From Podarcis melisellensis (lineage: Eukaryota): 64,000 nucleotides of DNA. Every line of letters starts with the position of its first letter. Position 1 is the stretch's first letter. The notes under the pieces are model-generated. The model searched no databases and was not told where the DNA came from. It saw nothing but the letters and a program-made list of their open reading frames with translations. The stretch is taken from assembly GCA_964234715.1 (NCBI GenBank), contig OZ174285.1. The stretch is one strand, 5' to 3'. Shown here piece by piece: positions 14,212 through 26,500 of the stretch. The translations under genes and the position numbers were made by a program.

Positions 14212-14383
14212 NNNNNNNNNNNNNNNNNNNNNNNNNNNNNNNNNNNNNNNNNNNNNNNNNNNNNNNNNNNNNNNNNNNNNNNNNNNNNNNNNNNNNNNNN
14301 NNNNNNNNNNNNNNNNNNNNNNNNNNNNNNNNNNNNNNNNNNNNNNNNNNNNNNNNNNNNNNNNNNNNNNNNNNNNNNNNNNN
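14212..14383. other. N block, 172 nt (probable masked conserved element)
   Basis: Run of N; TAAT-rich unique flanks. Confidence 0.6.
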
Positions 14384-14976
14384 ACTCGACATTTTCTCAC
14401 TTTTTTGTAATAAATAAGGACTGTAATAATTACAGGAGGTAATTGCTGCTCTGATCAGACACATATGTGTTTCTCTTAAAATCTCCAGCGGACACAAGAT
14501 CGGATCAATGCGAAGCAAAGCCTAAGAAAATAACAAGGTATTGTCCAGCAACACGGATAACAGAAAAAGTAAACCTTTGAAAAAAAGAAAGAAAGAAAGG
14601 CGAATTTCTTCGCAGAACGATCCGACGCTTTCTGGGTGCGCCTACCAAGCTGGATGGGCCACGTTTTCCGCTCCAAACCCCACAAAAGCCCCACAACTGG
14701 ATGCGAGCGTGTCAGCTTGCCAGACAATTAGAGCTGGATTGCAGAATGGTTCAGGGACGAAGATATTATTGGACTGTCTTCGTCACTTTGTCTTTGCACA
14801 CATACATGCTGCACGCAGAAACGGGTCTAGATACTCTGGATAACCCGTCATCCATCCTCGCTGGCGGTGAATTACCGAGAGGGAGAGAGAGGGAGAGGGA
14901 GGGGAGCGAGCGAGCGAGCGAGTCTCTGGCGAAGAGCAGCACAACACTCTATCTGTCCCTTAAAGGTTACACGGCG

Positions 14977-15188
14977 NNNNNNNNNNNNNNNNNNNNNNNN
15001 NNNNNNNNNNNNNNNNNNNNNNNNNNNNNNNNNNNNNNNNNNNNNNNNNNNNNNNNNNNNNNNNNNNNNNNNNNNNNNNNNNNNNNNNNNNNNNNNNNNN
15101 NNNNNNNNNNNNNNNNNNNNNNNNNNNNNNNNNNNNNNNNNNNNNNNNNNNNNNNNNNNNNNNNNNNNNNNNNNNNNNNNNNNNNNNN
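14977..15188. other. N block, 212 nt (probable masked conserved element)
   Basis: Run of N within CpG-containing unique sequence. Confidence 0.6.
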
Positions 15189-16924
15189 TTATAATCCGCC
15201 AACGAGGCCACAGGCAGTTAAAAATGGTGCGTGTGTGGATGTGAGAATGGCGGTGAGGAAGAAAAATAACGTCTCTGGCCAGGGAGCTGACCTTCTCCTG
15301 AGAGGGCAACTCAGGGGTATACAGAGATAAATGCAAGTTATATATAATAGTACAAGCACACACATTGTATACATATATACAGAGTGCCATATATTGCATT
15401 ATTGTATTATGAGCCTTACACATTTTGTTTTCGCATTTAAGGAATTTTCTGCAAAATGGGCCAATAATAATAAACTACTCTCTGACCATTGACTAAGGAA
15501 GTGCATATATTATGTATATCATGTACATAATATATGTATTGCATATAATTATATATAGTTATGTCAGTACTGAATAGATCATATTGGCACTAACAAACTG
15601 GCCATAATTCAGAGCACAGTGTGATGCACTGAAATTCCATTAATATCAGTGGGTTTAAGAAACTGAATAGTGGCCACTGTGAAGAATATACATTGCTAAT
15701 ATATACAATTATTGGACACATAATTCCATATATACTCATACCTTACAGTATATGTGAAAGTCTGTTTTGATATAACAGGCTGGGTGAGCAATTCACATGT
15801 GTTTGTGCAAAGGTTAATCACACTCTTACATAAGATTACATCTTTATATACATATACATATTTTCTGGATGAATCCCTGAATGTAAACAGGTTATCCTCT
15901 GTTTAAAATTGGAATTTTGACTGGCTACAAGGCCTGCATCCTGCAAGACTAGATTGTCTGGAAGTGCGTTAATCCAGATTGGTTGCCAAAAATATTTTAT
16001 TCCGGTCGATTGGATGGCCTTAAAACAACATGGGAACACAACCAATGGCGTTGGGCTGCATTCCCTTAACGAGAGACTCGCCGAAGGTTGAGCCTGACAC
16101 ACATCACAAAACCTTTTCTGATCGATATCATATCACCCCGTTAGAAGGGGGTGGTTTTGGTTTAAATGTAGGGCTTGCTTGCCACGACAAATTTCCCCCT
16201 AAAAGCCTGTGTCTAGAACTGTAACCTTAGGGCTAAGGCGAACAAGAAATGGGAAACAATGGCAGATAAAGACGCTCATGGGCATCCAAAGACCCTGATC
16301 TTTAAGGCTGGCATTCAGCTCCCGTGGGAATCTTCCTCCCCCAAAAGTTTGAAGCCTTCACCCTAAGATCGGATTGGCGAGAAACAGTCACGTGGACAGG
16401 GTGGGCTAAAGGGTGGCGATGGAATTCGAATTGAGCAGGCAGTTGAGGGGAAGCGCCTTTTAGTTTCCCGGGGCCAGGCGGGGGGAAAGGGCGCTTAGGG
16501 TGTCAGCACAATTCCGTTCACACAAGTCACGCTTCTTGTTCTCGCCATTCACCCGGAAGTGTAAATGAAATAAATCCCGAGGTGGTTTTTTTTATTGCCC
16601 GCCACCTCCTCCCCGTCAGGAAAGTCGAGCATGTTTGTATTATGATTTCTCGCTGCCTCTCTCTCTGGGCTAAGAATGATAGCGCGAGGAAGGAGCCATG
16701 ACTGGAAATGTTGCCCTTCCTCTTCTGTCAGCTACCAGGGCAGCTCGCGGCGGCTGCTGCTGCTTGCTTTCCCTCCTCCTCCTTCCCACTGCAGCTGGTG
16801 GGGTGGTTGTTTTGTTTTTTTAAAATATATTTTTTTTATGACAGATGTCAGCCACCTCAGGCAGCGGGAGCGAGAGGAGGAAGGAAATTCCCCACAAAAT
16901 AGCAATGGTTTCGAAAAAAAAGGA

Positions 16925-17352
16925 NNNNNNNNNNNNNNNNNNNNNNNNNNNNNNNNNNNNNNNNNNNNNNNNNNNNNNNNNNNNNNNNNNNNNNNNNNNN
17001 NNNNNNNNNNNNNNNNNNNNNNNNNNNNNNNNNNNNNNNNNNNNNNNNNNNNNNNNNNNNNNNNNNNNNNNNNNNNNNNNNNNNNNNNNNNNNNNNNNNN
17101 NNNNNNNNNNNNNNNNNNNNNNNNNNNNNNNNNNNNNNNNNNNNNNNNNNNNNNNNNNNNNNNNNNNNNNNNNNNNNNNNNNNNNNNNNNNNNNNNNNNN
17201 NNNNNNNNNNNNNNNNNNNNNNNNNNNNNNNNNNNNNNNNNNNNNNNNNNNNNNNNNNNNNNNNNNNNNNNNNNNNNNNNNNNNNNNNNNNNNNNNNNNN
17301 NNNNNNNNNNNNNNNNNNNNNNNNNNNNNNNNNNNNNNNNNNNNNNNNNNNN
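16925..17352. other. N block, 428 nt (largest; probable masked conserved element inside the promoter island)
   Basis: Run of N ending about 160 nt upstream of the NRF1 site. Confidence 0.6.
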
Positions 17353-17559
17353 TCCCTGAGGAGCTCGCGCTGAATGCCTGAGCGGGCAGCGCGCCAACTT
17401 CTCCACAAGGAGGAGAGAGAGAGAGAGAAGAAAAAAAAGAGAAAGAGTGAAAGGGTGGGTGGGGGAGGGGAACAGGAAGAGCTGCGGCCGCGCGCGCCAA
17501 ACAACGGGAAATTCTGCGCATGCGCACGCGCTTCAGCCTCTTCTAGGCGTGATTGCAAA

Positions 17560-17672
17560 GCGCTGGAGTCGTAGCGCCCGCGCGCTTTGTGCCGAGGGGG
17601 ACGGGCGATGGCTGAGAGCTGCTGCTTTTTTAGTATCCCGCGGTTCGTTTTCTGTCACATATGCCTACGCAG
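17560..17672 (+). ncRNA. Putative first exon of a spliced lncRNA/5'UTR (start approximate)
   Basis: Lies downstream of the NRF1 site and ends at CAG|GTGCGC; contains a strong-Kozak ATG at 17608. Confidence 0.45.
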
Positions 17673-20600
17673 GTGCGCGTGAGAAAAGAGCCCGGTCCTC
17701 CTCTCGGAAGATGCTGAGAGGCTGAGCAGGCTCGTGCACGCGTGATTTTCTTAAGCGAAATGGCCAAATGCCTTTCTCCTTTTAGCGGGCGCGTTTGTGT
17801 GATCTATGGCTCTGTCAGTTTGAAACAGTTAAAAGAGAAGCCAAAGCCTGGGCTTTTAAGATGCCGGCCCAGCAACCCCATTCATCATTGCGTCGCGGCG
17901 TTTTTTAACGTCCCCGCGCTCGGCTGGGGTTAACGTCTTAACAACTCCTTTGACGCAAGGCAGAGTCTGGATCCAGCCTAAGGGGTGGGTGCTCAACAGA
18001 AGAGACCCTGTGGAAAAGAAGAATCGGGAAGCCCGCGTGAGAAAGGGGGGTTCCCCCCAGAAAAAACAGCATAAGAAAATAAATATTCTCTACGTAGGTT
18101 AGGAGGGAGAAAAGTGAGTTTATTATAATTGGATTTATAATTATTGCCTTAGGCCAAGGTTCAAATCCCAAGTTTAGAGGTGCTTGAAGGAGATTGAGTT
18201 ATACATCACTTTGGGATTCACTTTATACACACACAGTATATAAATAATGATTTGCCCTGGTTTTAGTTATTCCCACATATTTTATTCTTTTTATTTCCCT
18301 ACTTCTTAAAAAGTACCTCATTCCTAAATAAGGAAATGGAAGGCTAATGCTAATACAGCCAATTGCAGGTAGGGGTTTGTGCAGCCCAGTTAAAGGTTTC
18401 CACTCATCAGTTGAAGAAGTGGTTTAGGAAACTGGTTTTCTAGATGAAACTGAGTAAAATGAAGGAAGGGTCAGGAGGTCAGTTTTCAAACCTATGAAGG
18501 AATGTAATGAGCTCCCAACTGTGTTTCTTGGTCTAACGGGGCAGGTTGTCGCCAGGTGTGAGTTTAATAGTGGCCTTAGATAAGCCACTCCTTAACATTT
18601 GAACAGTGACTTCTTGAGACAAGAATTGGAAGTACGTTGGAAGCCTTTGTGTGCTGTACGTGTTTATGTGTTGGAGTTCACATACTGTTTACTCCTATTG
18701 GATGAACTATCAAGGGCAGGGCAGAGTGAGGCTTACCTGTGCCTTCTAAGCTAGCCTGCTGCACTCAGGTATCATGGAGGGTGTTGTCCCATTGTCAGTG
18801 TTGAAGTCATACTAAACTGCCAGTCTAGGTGGCTTTTGTACATGATATACAGAGAGTTACTATCTGCTTCAGGTAGCCCAATGTTTTGGGCTGGCCCTTG
18901 TCAAGGGAAGCAGTGGTTCAGTTGGTATGGGGGGGGGGGGAGAAACCATGTACAATTCAGACCTGGGGTGGCCAACCTGGTGGCTCCCAGTTGTGAATCA
19001 GCCCTGGCCATCATAGCAAATGGTCAAGAATGAGGGGAATTCTAGTTTACATATTCTGGATGCTGGGAATCCCTATTCTAGACTAGAGATTCTGTGTAGT
19101 GAGGGATGGTGAGTTGATGTAAAGAACAGATAAAAAGCATTGTGAGCAGCTAAAAGAAAAACTTCTCTCTGGACCTAAACACAGGATAGTTGTGTGTGTT
19201 CTTTGTGGGAAGGTGGACTTAAAAGTGCTATTAACCAAGAATGTGAAGGTTGGGGGTGGTGAGTTTTTCATATTATTCAGCACACATTCATATTTAAATA
19301 GCTTGTTAAACGTTTGGTTGCAGTTTTCAAGTACATGTAATATTTAACTTTTCATGCAGGAAATACATACTCTTGAAACAGTTTAATTATTAGGTTTAAA
19401 CTCAAGTTGCAAATCACATACTGTACTCCAGAGTTGTTTTATTTGAATGAATGGACTTACTTTGGTGATAGAGACTTAAGGAGTCTGAGCCCAGTTTTAC
19501 CACTAATATCTTCTCTTACGATTTGTAGCTAGGCATTAAAAGAAAGCAAGTCTATATTTGTGGCACTTAAAAAAAATATATATATTGAATTCTGAATCCA
19601 CAAATCGCCCCCCTGTCCAGATGGAACAAAGAAGTCTTCAAAAGTTGCAAATCCTGACCTGGCAATATTATATAACATTCCGCTAGAGAGTTTTATATAC
19701 TTCATTTTATGTCCCCTGGGTAACTTTACTGGGTTAGCACTTTCCCTATTGCCATGGAGCTGCATAATATGTGAAGATGTACTGCACTCTAAATGCTTAA
19801 GTGCTCTGTCTTACAGTGCTTTCCTGGTAAAGGTCAACATAAATTCATCTTCCATTGATGCAGCATTTGTTTTTGGCTTCTAAAGCACGCTGTGTTAGGG
19901 ATGGAAAAGAATTTCCATTAAAATGTAAACAGTGAATGGACAGGTATATGGAGCTACTGCTGAGCATTTGGCAGTGTTCTCTTTTTTGTACGTGTGATTG
20001 GGTGGTTTGGGGAGCTCTTAAGTTGAGATATGCTTCTAATAAGTGTTCTTTGGCCTCTTTTTTTCATTACCAATATGGCTTGATCTCATACTACTTCCAG
20101 AAGATACTGTTGTGCACACCTGTGGCTTCAGAGCTGCAAATATGAAAAAGGTAGCAAGCACACCTGTTTCCAGCAGAAAATGAGTGCTTGGTGGAAAATC
20201 CTGATTCAAACACCAGGGATTGTTTGTGCCTGCATTCTTTTTGAAATAGACATGCATGCTTACCCTTCCCAAATTATTCCTTCATGCATTATAATACAAA
20301 ATCATTGTAGAAAGTGTACAGCCAAAGGCTACACTATTAGGTGTACTTAGAAAGGGGAACAATCTCATTTGATTGCAGTGCAATCCTAAACATGTATAAT
20401 AGGAAGTTAATTCTCCATTTAACTCTTTGAGACTTATGGAGCAAGCCTGTGTATGCCTACACAAAAGTTATACCCCACTGATACAGTAGGAGTTATTCCC
20501 AAGTGTGAGTGTGTAGGATTGTGGCCTTACTTCCAAACAAGCATATATAGGATCATACTGTAAGGACAGTTTAATAGTGCCAGAGATCATCACTTCTTTT

Positions 20601-20904
20601 TCATAAAGGTCAGCTTAGAGTGCCCCTAAGTTCTTGATTAGCTGGGTCACAGAGCCTGCAATGGCCAAGTTCAGGATGGTAACAAAACTAATGTTGCCTT
20701 AATTTATTTATTTAATATGCTTCTATCTTGCCTTTCTATTAATCAAATTTTTAGGACTGCTTCATATATTAGTTATAATGTGCACTTGCTACAGAACTGT
20801 ATTGAGTACTTGCTAAAATTGTAACATGAAGCTCAAATAGCCTTTTTGTTGTTGCTTGTGTATGTCATTCAGACTTGTTAGAGACTTTGGGCTCACCAGG
20901 GCTT

Positions 20905-20948
20905 TGTTGTTTAGTCCTGTCCGACTCTTGCACATATACCTGCTGGTA
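20905..20948 (-). mobile_element. Tiny RTE/BovB-type 3' tail insertion carrying a captured local segment
   Basis: The minus strand reads aagagtcggacaggactaaacaacaa, matching the RTE tail at 52633-52670; direct repeats ACCAGGGCTT at 20895-20904 and 20949-20958. Confidence 0.65.
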
Positions 20949-21689
20949 ACCAGGGCTTACCTCAGTGTATTTCTGCATTGTACATGAGATGGGGTGTGGT
21001 ATGCTTGTGGGAAAGCTGTGTGTATTTCACTGTATTAGCAGGTATACAGCATAGCTTTGTAATGCATAACTCTTAGCATTGTCACATAGTTGGGACAATA
21101 CTGGCCAGGATCCAAACAACTGTGAAACTAGTTCCATGAACCCAAGGAGGCTTTAGATTTGTTTCTCTTGAACATTAGCCTCACACCATGCTGCACAGCA
21201 AATCTCTTTTGAAACTGTAGGGAGTTTAAGAGGGGAATAAAGGACTCCACTGTGCTGTCTGAGCTTAAGTAGTTCTTTAGATCTCAGCTTCTCAAACCAT
21301 AGATGTAGGAGCCTATGGAGAGGGCAAGATAGCTCTATGGTAGTAAATGTATAAAACAAATATAATAAACTTATTAATTGGCAAATAGGTGATCTTTCAT
21401 AGTACATCAGAAAACCACCACCTGAGGTGTGTGCCTCACTCTGCCAAATTGTAGGATTAGTCCCTGAGACTCTAGGTGATCAGAAACGCTAAGCACAGAG
21501 GGAAAGACATAACTTGCTGAAATGGAGTACAGAAAATGCCTGAAAGGTGGACCAAATCTAATATTTTGGGGGCTGTCTGTATTTACAGGTAATCCGATAG
21601 TTTGGTGGGGAAAACAATTATTATAAAAAACATTTCTAGGCAATTGCCTTTCTAGACAACTGATCTTAACCCCCATCTTCATGAGACTG

Positions 21690-22120
21690 CTGTTCAATAT
21701 CTTTGTAAAAACTGCTAAGTCAAGTCATCAGATGATCTGTAGTGTGGCGTCAAGCATATGTGAATGACACAGAACTTCCTGCTTTTCCTATTTCATCTAA
21801 TTCTGGTCAGGTGGTGAAAATGCTGAACCAATGACTGGGATTGGTAATTAAGTGTATAAGAAAAGGTGGAGGTTATGTTGGTGGTCAGTTTGGTTGTGTG
21901 GGCTGGTGGTATTCAAACCTATTCTGGATAGGGTTGCATTTCTAAAGAATGACATCTGTGGTTTGGGGATACTCCTAGATCCAACTCTCTCTTTAGAAGC
22001 ACAAGTAGCCTTTCAGCAGTTTTCCAAAGTGTTGCAAGTTGCTGTAAAGTACAGCAAGAATATAGCTGCAAGATTGCTAACTAGGATCAGGTAGTGGGAA
22101 ACCACCTTGTTGGTGCTTAA
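21690..22120 (+). mobile_element. Degenerate L2-clade LINE RT fragment
   Basis: Translations LGILLDPTLSLEAQVA and NIAARLLTRI resemble the L2 ORF2 C-terminal region. Confidence 0.6.
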
Positions 22121-22999
22121 GCTAGGAATGGGGACCCTGTGTTGAATAATAAGCAGCTAGGGGAGAAGGAGGAGAGGATAGAGGTTGAAAAAAGAGCTGT
22201 AAGTGGTGGAGAGCCCTATTCCTATCCTCTGGTCCCTCTGGAAAGCTCAATAAAGCTGCTGTACCTGGAACTGGTTGGAGACATTGCAGCTGAATGGGAC
22301 ACAGCTGTGGGCACCCACCTTGGGTCTGCCCATAAAAAGCAAGTCTCAAGTGAGAGACTAGGATGATGCCTGCTGTTTCCAGGAACTATTCTCATTATGA
22401 GACTTTTCTGGGTGAGCTGAGAGTTTGTTTGGACCTTGGGTGAGAACCTGGAGGAGGCTGAGAGGGAGAGTGTGTCAAAAGGAAAATGAATTGATACTGA
22501 TTTATATATTTGTAGCTTTGTATTCTTGTATGTAAGTGCATATTTTTGTAATATTTTGTTTAAGTTGTCTGTTGCTTCAGTATTTTGTACACTGTGTAGA
22601 GATATTTTTAGTATATTAAGTGGTATAGAAATAATCAAAATAAATACTCAAATTACAATTGTCCATACTAGTTGGGAGTTGGAGTCCAACAACATCTGGC
22701 AAGTCACAGGTTTACCATCCCTGTTTTAAGCAGTTAATGTTGGCTCACTTCTAGCCCTGATTCAAAGTACTGGTGTTTGATTGTAAAGCCATTGAGAACT
22801 GGGTACCTGTTATAGGATCATTCTATAGCTACTGTACTTGCAAATGATCACTGTGCTTACTTTGTGTACATTTAAGCTGTAATTGAATGGTCACCAACTA
22901 CACTTTTGCATGTCATTGACACTTGACCCCACTGTTTACATTTTTTAACCCCCCTATAATATATATATATATACACACACACACATACCAACTGAGGAT

Positions 23000-23105
23000 A
23001 GCATTTCGTGCATCTGAAGAAGTGGGATCTAGTTTATGAAAGCTTATGCTGTAATAAATATGTTAGCCTTTACAGTGTCACAGGGCTTTTTGTTGTTTCT
23101 GTTGC
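23000..23105 (+). mobile_element. Penelope-like element terminal fragment
   Basis: gcatctgaagaagtggg...gaaagcttatgct..aataaa..gttag..cttta..gtgtcaca resembles reptile Penelope termini. Confidence 0.6.
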
Positions 23106-23498
23106 TTGCTTAGAGTAAGTTCTTATGTTTTAAGAGATGGAGAACAAGCCATTGTTATGCTTCTTGTTACCAGCAGGTATGGTATATGTGCAAATATACC
23201 AGCATAGCCTCATTTGAAGACAATGATTAGATGTAGATTTCATGGCTTAAAAATCAAAGTTTTTTCTTCCCACTGTGCATTATTGTTTTTCTTACAGAGA
23301 TTGCAGTAGAGTATTGCACACTATTCTGTAATATTTTGGTAAGCCTGATAAAGGTATTGTTCTAATATGGATTTTGAATGCTCCCTACTATACTACTGCT
23401 TTATGAGTGCTTTTGTAGAGACTACATTGTAATCTTCTAGAATATGCTTTTAAAAAGCCACAAAGTTAAAAACATGCCTCCTTTGTTTTTCTCTTTAG

Positions 23499-23594
23499 GT
23501 CAATTTTGTATACTCTGCCAGCTCCAGTGATGAAGAACTAGGATAGATATCAGCTAATTGCAAGGCTGTACTTCCATCCGTTACAAAGGAACAG
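23499..23594 (+). ncRNA. Putative internal exon (96 nt) of the + strand transcript
   Basis: Long pyrimidine tract cctcctttgtttttctctttAG before it and donor CAG|GTATGT after it; stops in all three frames. Confidence 0.65.
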
Positions 23595-26500
23595 GTATGT
23601 TTTATTAGCAGTGCAGTCAGACTAGCTTTACTTTGGAGCTAATAAAATCAAATCTGGTATAGATGGGTGATTTCTTGTTTGTTATTTTTGGCACCTGGAA
23701 TGGTAATCAGAAATAGTTGAAATAACTCACCCAGTTTTGTTTTGGCTCAAAATTGTTCCATTTTTATTTATTTGTTATTTTTCACTATATCAGTACCTAT
23801 TTTCTGTTCTACATCTGGCACTATGGAGTTACAAGAATAACGGACACAATCCCAAGGAAACTAAGCATGTTCAAATACTATAGAAATCAATGAAATGGAA
23901 AGGCATTAAATTTTCCCTGCATTGCACCTAGCTATTGCAATCCAGTGAAAAGTGGTTGCAGGTAGAGTTGTGATGGGAACGGGTCGTTGCTCAATAGTAG
24001 AATTCAGTTGTCCCTAACCCTCCAGTTTGCGGATGACTGTCTGAATGAACGTGGTGTGTACTGACACAGTCCTCCATCAGGAGAGGATGTGGGATCCAAG
24101 CCCAGCCTTTTACACACTGGACCTCATAGACTTTACATGATAACATAGAAACAGCCAAAGTTCTACTTTCCTTCACTTAAGATTTTGGCTTCAAATGCTT
24201 GGGACACATGATCAATTCACTTAAATTAACTATCTGACTAGGGTTTTCCCCTAGAGCCTTCTGGGGATGGTAGGCTCACACCCTTTCATTATCTGTCTCT
24301 AAGCATTCTCTCTGCTGTGGGGAAATCAATGGGGACTGTTTGTCATTATGTTTGGGGGCAAATCAAGCTACTTACATGGGGTCCTGGATTTGGAAGCGTG
24401 AATTTAGAAGCCTTTCTGCAGGCTCCTATCTTTGGAAATGTTGGCTCTGGATTCTTTTCAGATTTGTCAAAATAAGAATAAAAATATTTTCTGGTTTGGC
24501 TAGAAAACCATCACTTAGTTGGCTCAGCTTGGTTTCCCACCCCCTCTAGTATCTTCTGCAGTCCATCTGTTGAAATGTGAAGCCAAAATGCTTTAGAATT
24601 ATGTTTTCATAGGGAATTCCCTGTTAATTAGTTATTTCTCTCTGCCATGTGTAGCACACTGATGATATCAGCTATTTTAAGTCCATAAAATGCAATCAGC
24701 TGCTCAAAAAGTTTTTTCTCCTAGGAATCATTTATTTTCTCTGGTTATAAACATGCTGCATTTGAACCTTGGCATGTTGATCATTTGAGCTGCCAGATCT
24801 GTTTGCAACACTAAGGTCAATATCCCTGCAACACTGCTGACATAAGAGTGGCATTGCCTTACTGTAGCAGGCAGTAAGCACCATCATTTGTGCATAATGT
24901 TTGTCGTTTTTAAAAAAATATAATTTCCCACATCCATAATTCAGAATGAATGCAACATTGGAACATAATTTGATTTAAAATGTCTCCCTTCAACTATCTA
25001 TTCTCCATTGACAACCATATTGCACCTCAAGAACAAGGGGCAGGCTTAAATGTATTTTATGTAAAAGTGCAATGATCACCTATTGATGGGGACATAGGAA
25101 TGGAGTACTTTGAATCATCTCCATCCCCCAAACAAGTGACTGATACTGTGAAAGTGGGTGAAAGTACTGGCCATCTGATTAGCTTCGTGCACAAATGGAC
25201 CCGCCTTGCAGAATCCATTTCAATGTAAGAACATAAGGAAAGTCCCAATGGTACAGTGTAGACCAGCATCCTGTTTCCAACAGTGGGTGGCTAAGATTCC
25301 TCTGGAAGTTGGCAAGCAGGACATACAAGCAAAAGTTTTCCCTTATTATTTATTCCCAGTGTTTGGTATTCAGAGGTATACTGCCTCTAAACACAGAGCT
25401 TGTATTTAGCAAAAATGCACTATGTCTGGTTGGCTATTTCTGAGTATGCACTCCCATTTTAGGACAGAAAGAAACATTTGTTTCTTGTTTCACCATAAGT
25501 GAAATTTTTTTCTTTGTCTCTCATTTGAAAAATACATTAATATGTCAGTTCTTAAACCCTTTTTGTAAGAAATTGTTACTCATGCAGATCAGAACGGAAG
25601 CATTCATTAGTACAGTATTAGTATTAGTAGAAATAATATGTGCCATCAATGTGCATGGCATTTTACAGAGTACAAGAGAATAGGTCCTTGCACTGAGGAC
25701 CTAACAGTCTAATATTCATGTGATTAGGATCTAGTCACATGACCTAATGCTGGAAAATCAATTTTTCATAAGAATTATATATGAGAAAAAGGATTTGAGT
25801 GTTAAATCAAGGAATGAATTCTCACAGTTACCAAAGTGTGGTAAGTCACAATAGTAGAATGGGAAGAAAGCTTATATCTTTTTTTAAACTGAAATTTTAA
25901 AAATTCTATAAGATAGAAGCCCAATCATTAATTTTTTAGGTTGTTAGGTTGATGAAAATGGCTAATGTTGAATATACTGTTTGTAATCCTATTCCCCCGC
26001 ACCCCAATTTATTAACATTTCATCATTTATACAACTTCAGACATCTGCATAACAGTAACAGTGTTTACAACTGTGTTTATAAGGGTACCAGAATTGGGAT
26101 AGGAATAGCTAACAGATATACCGGTATGTGCAGAGCTTTAATGATATGGTTAAGATTTACCAAAGTTTAAACAAATGGGATAAATAGTGTTTTTCAGCAA
26201 TCTCTTTTTTCATTTGTTCCTCCTTCACCTGTATACTCTTTCTGCCTTTCCTTCATCTACTATTTACTTGTACAGTATTCCCCATTTTTTTCAGTCTACT
26301 ACCTGTTCTGTCCTCTTTCTTCAGCTGTTCTGTCTATGAGTGCCCTGCCCCTTAGCTTTCCTTCTGATGAGTCATCTTCTCACTTTACAGTCCTCAGATT
26401 CCTTCCCCATGTCTCTTGTTTCAGCCAAACAGAGCTTCAGCTTCCAACACATAGGCTGGATTAATTCAATGAACAATTAAAACTTTCAGAAGCATTCTAT

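Larger units (their letters stand above)
16380..17950. promoter_or_regulatory. CpG-island promoter, possibly bidirectional
   Basis: Perfect NRF1 palindrome TGCGCATGCGCA (17515-17526), ETS/GABP site CCGGAAGTG (16553-16561), G4 motif GGGTGGGTGGGGGAGGGG (17453-17470), kB-like GGAAATTCCC (16883-16892), and a downstream splice donor at 17673. Confidence 0.75.

Noticed and set aside
14544-14560. REST/RE1-like motif TCCAGCAACACGGATAA
   Set aside because: Only 13 of 17 positions match, and the GGACAG half-site is disrupted.
16676-17558. 220-235-aa ORFs on both strands across block 4
   Set aside because: Open only because of the 428 Ns; the flanks are low-complexity promoter sequence.
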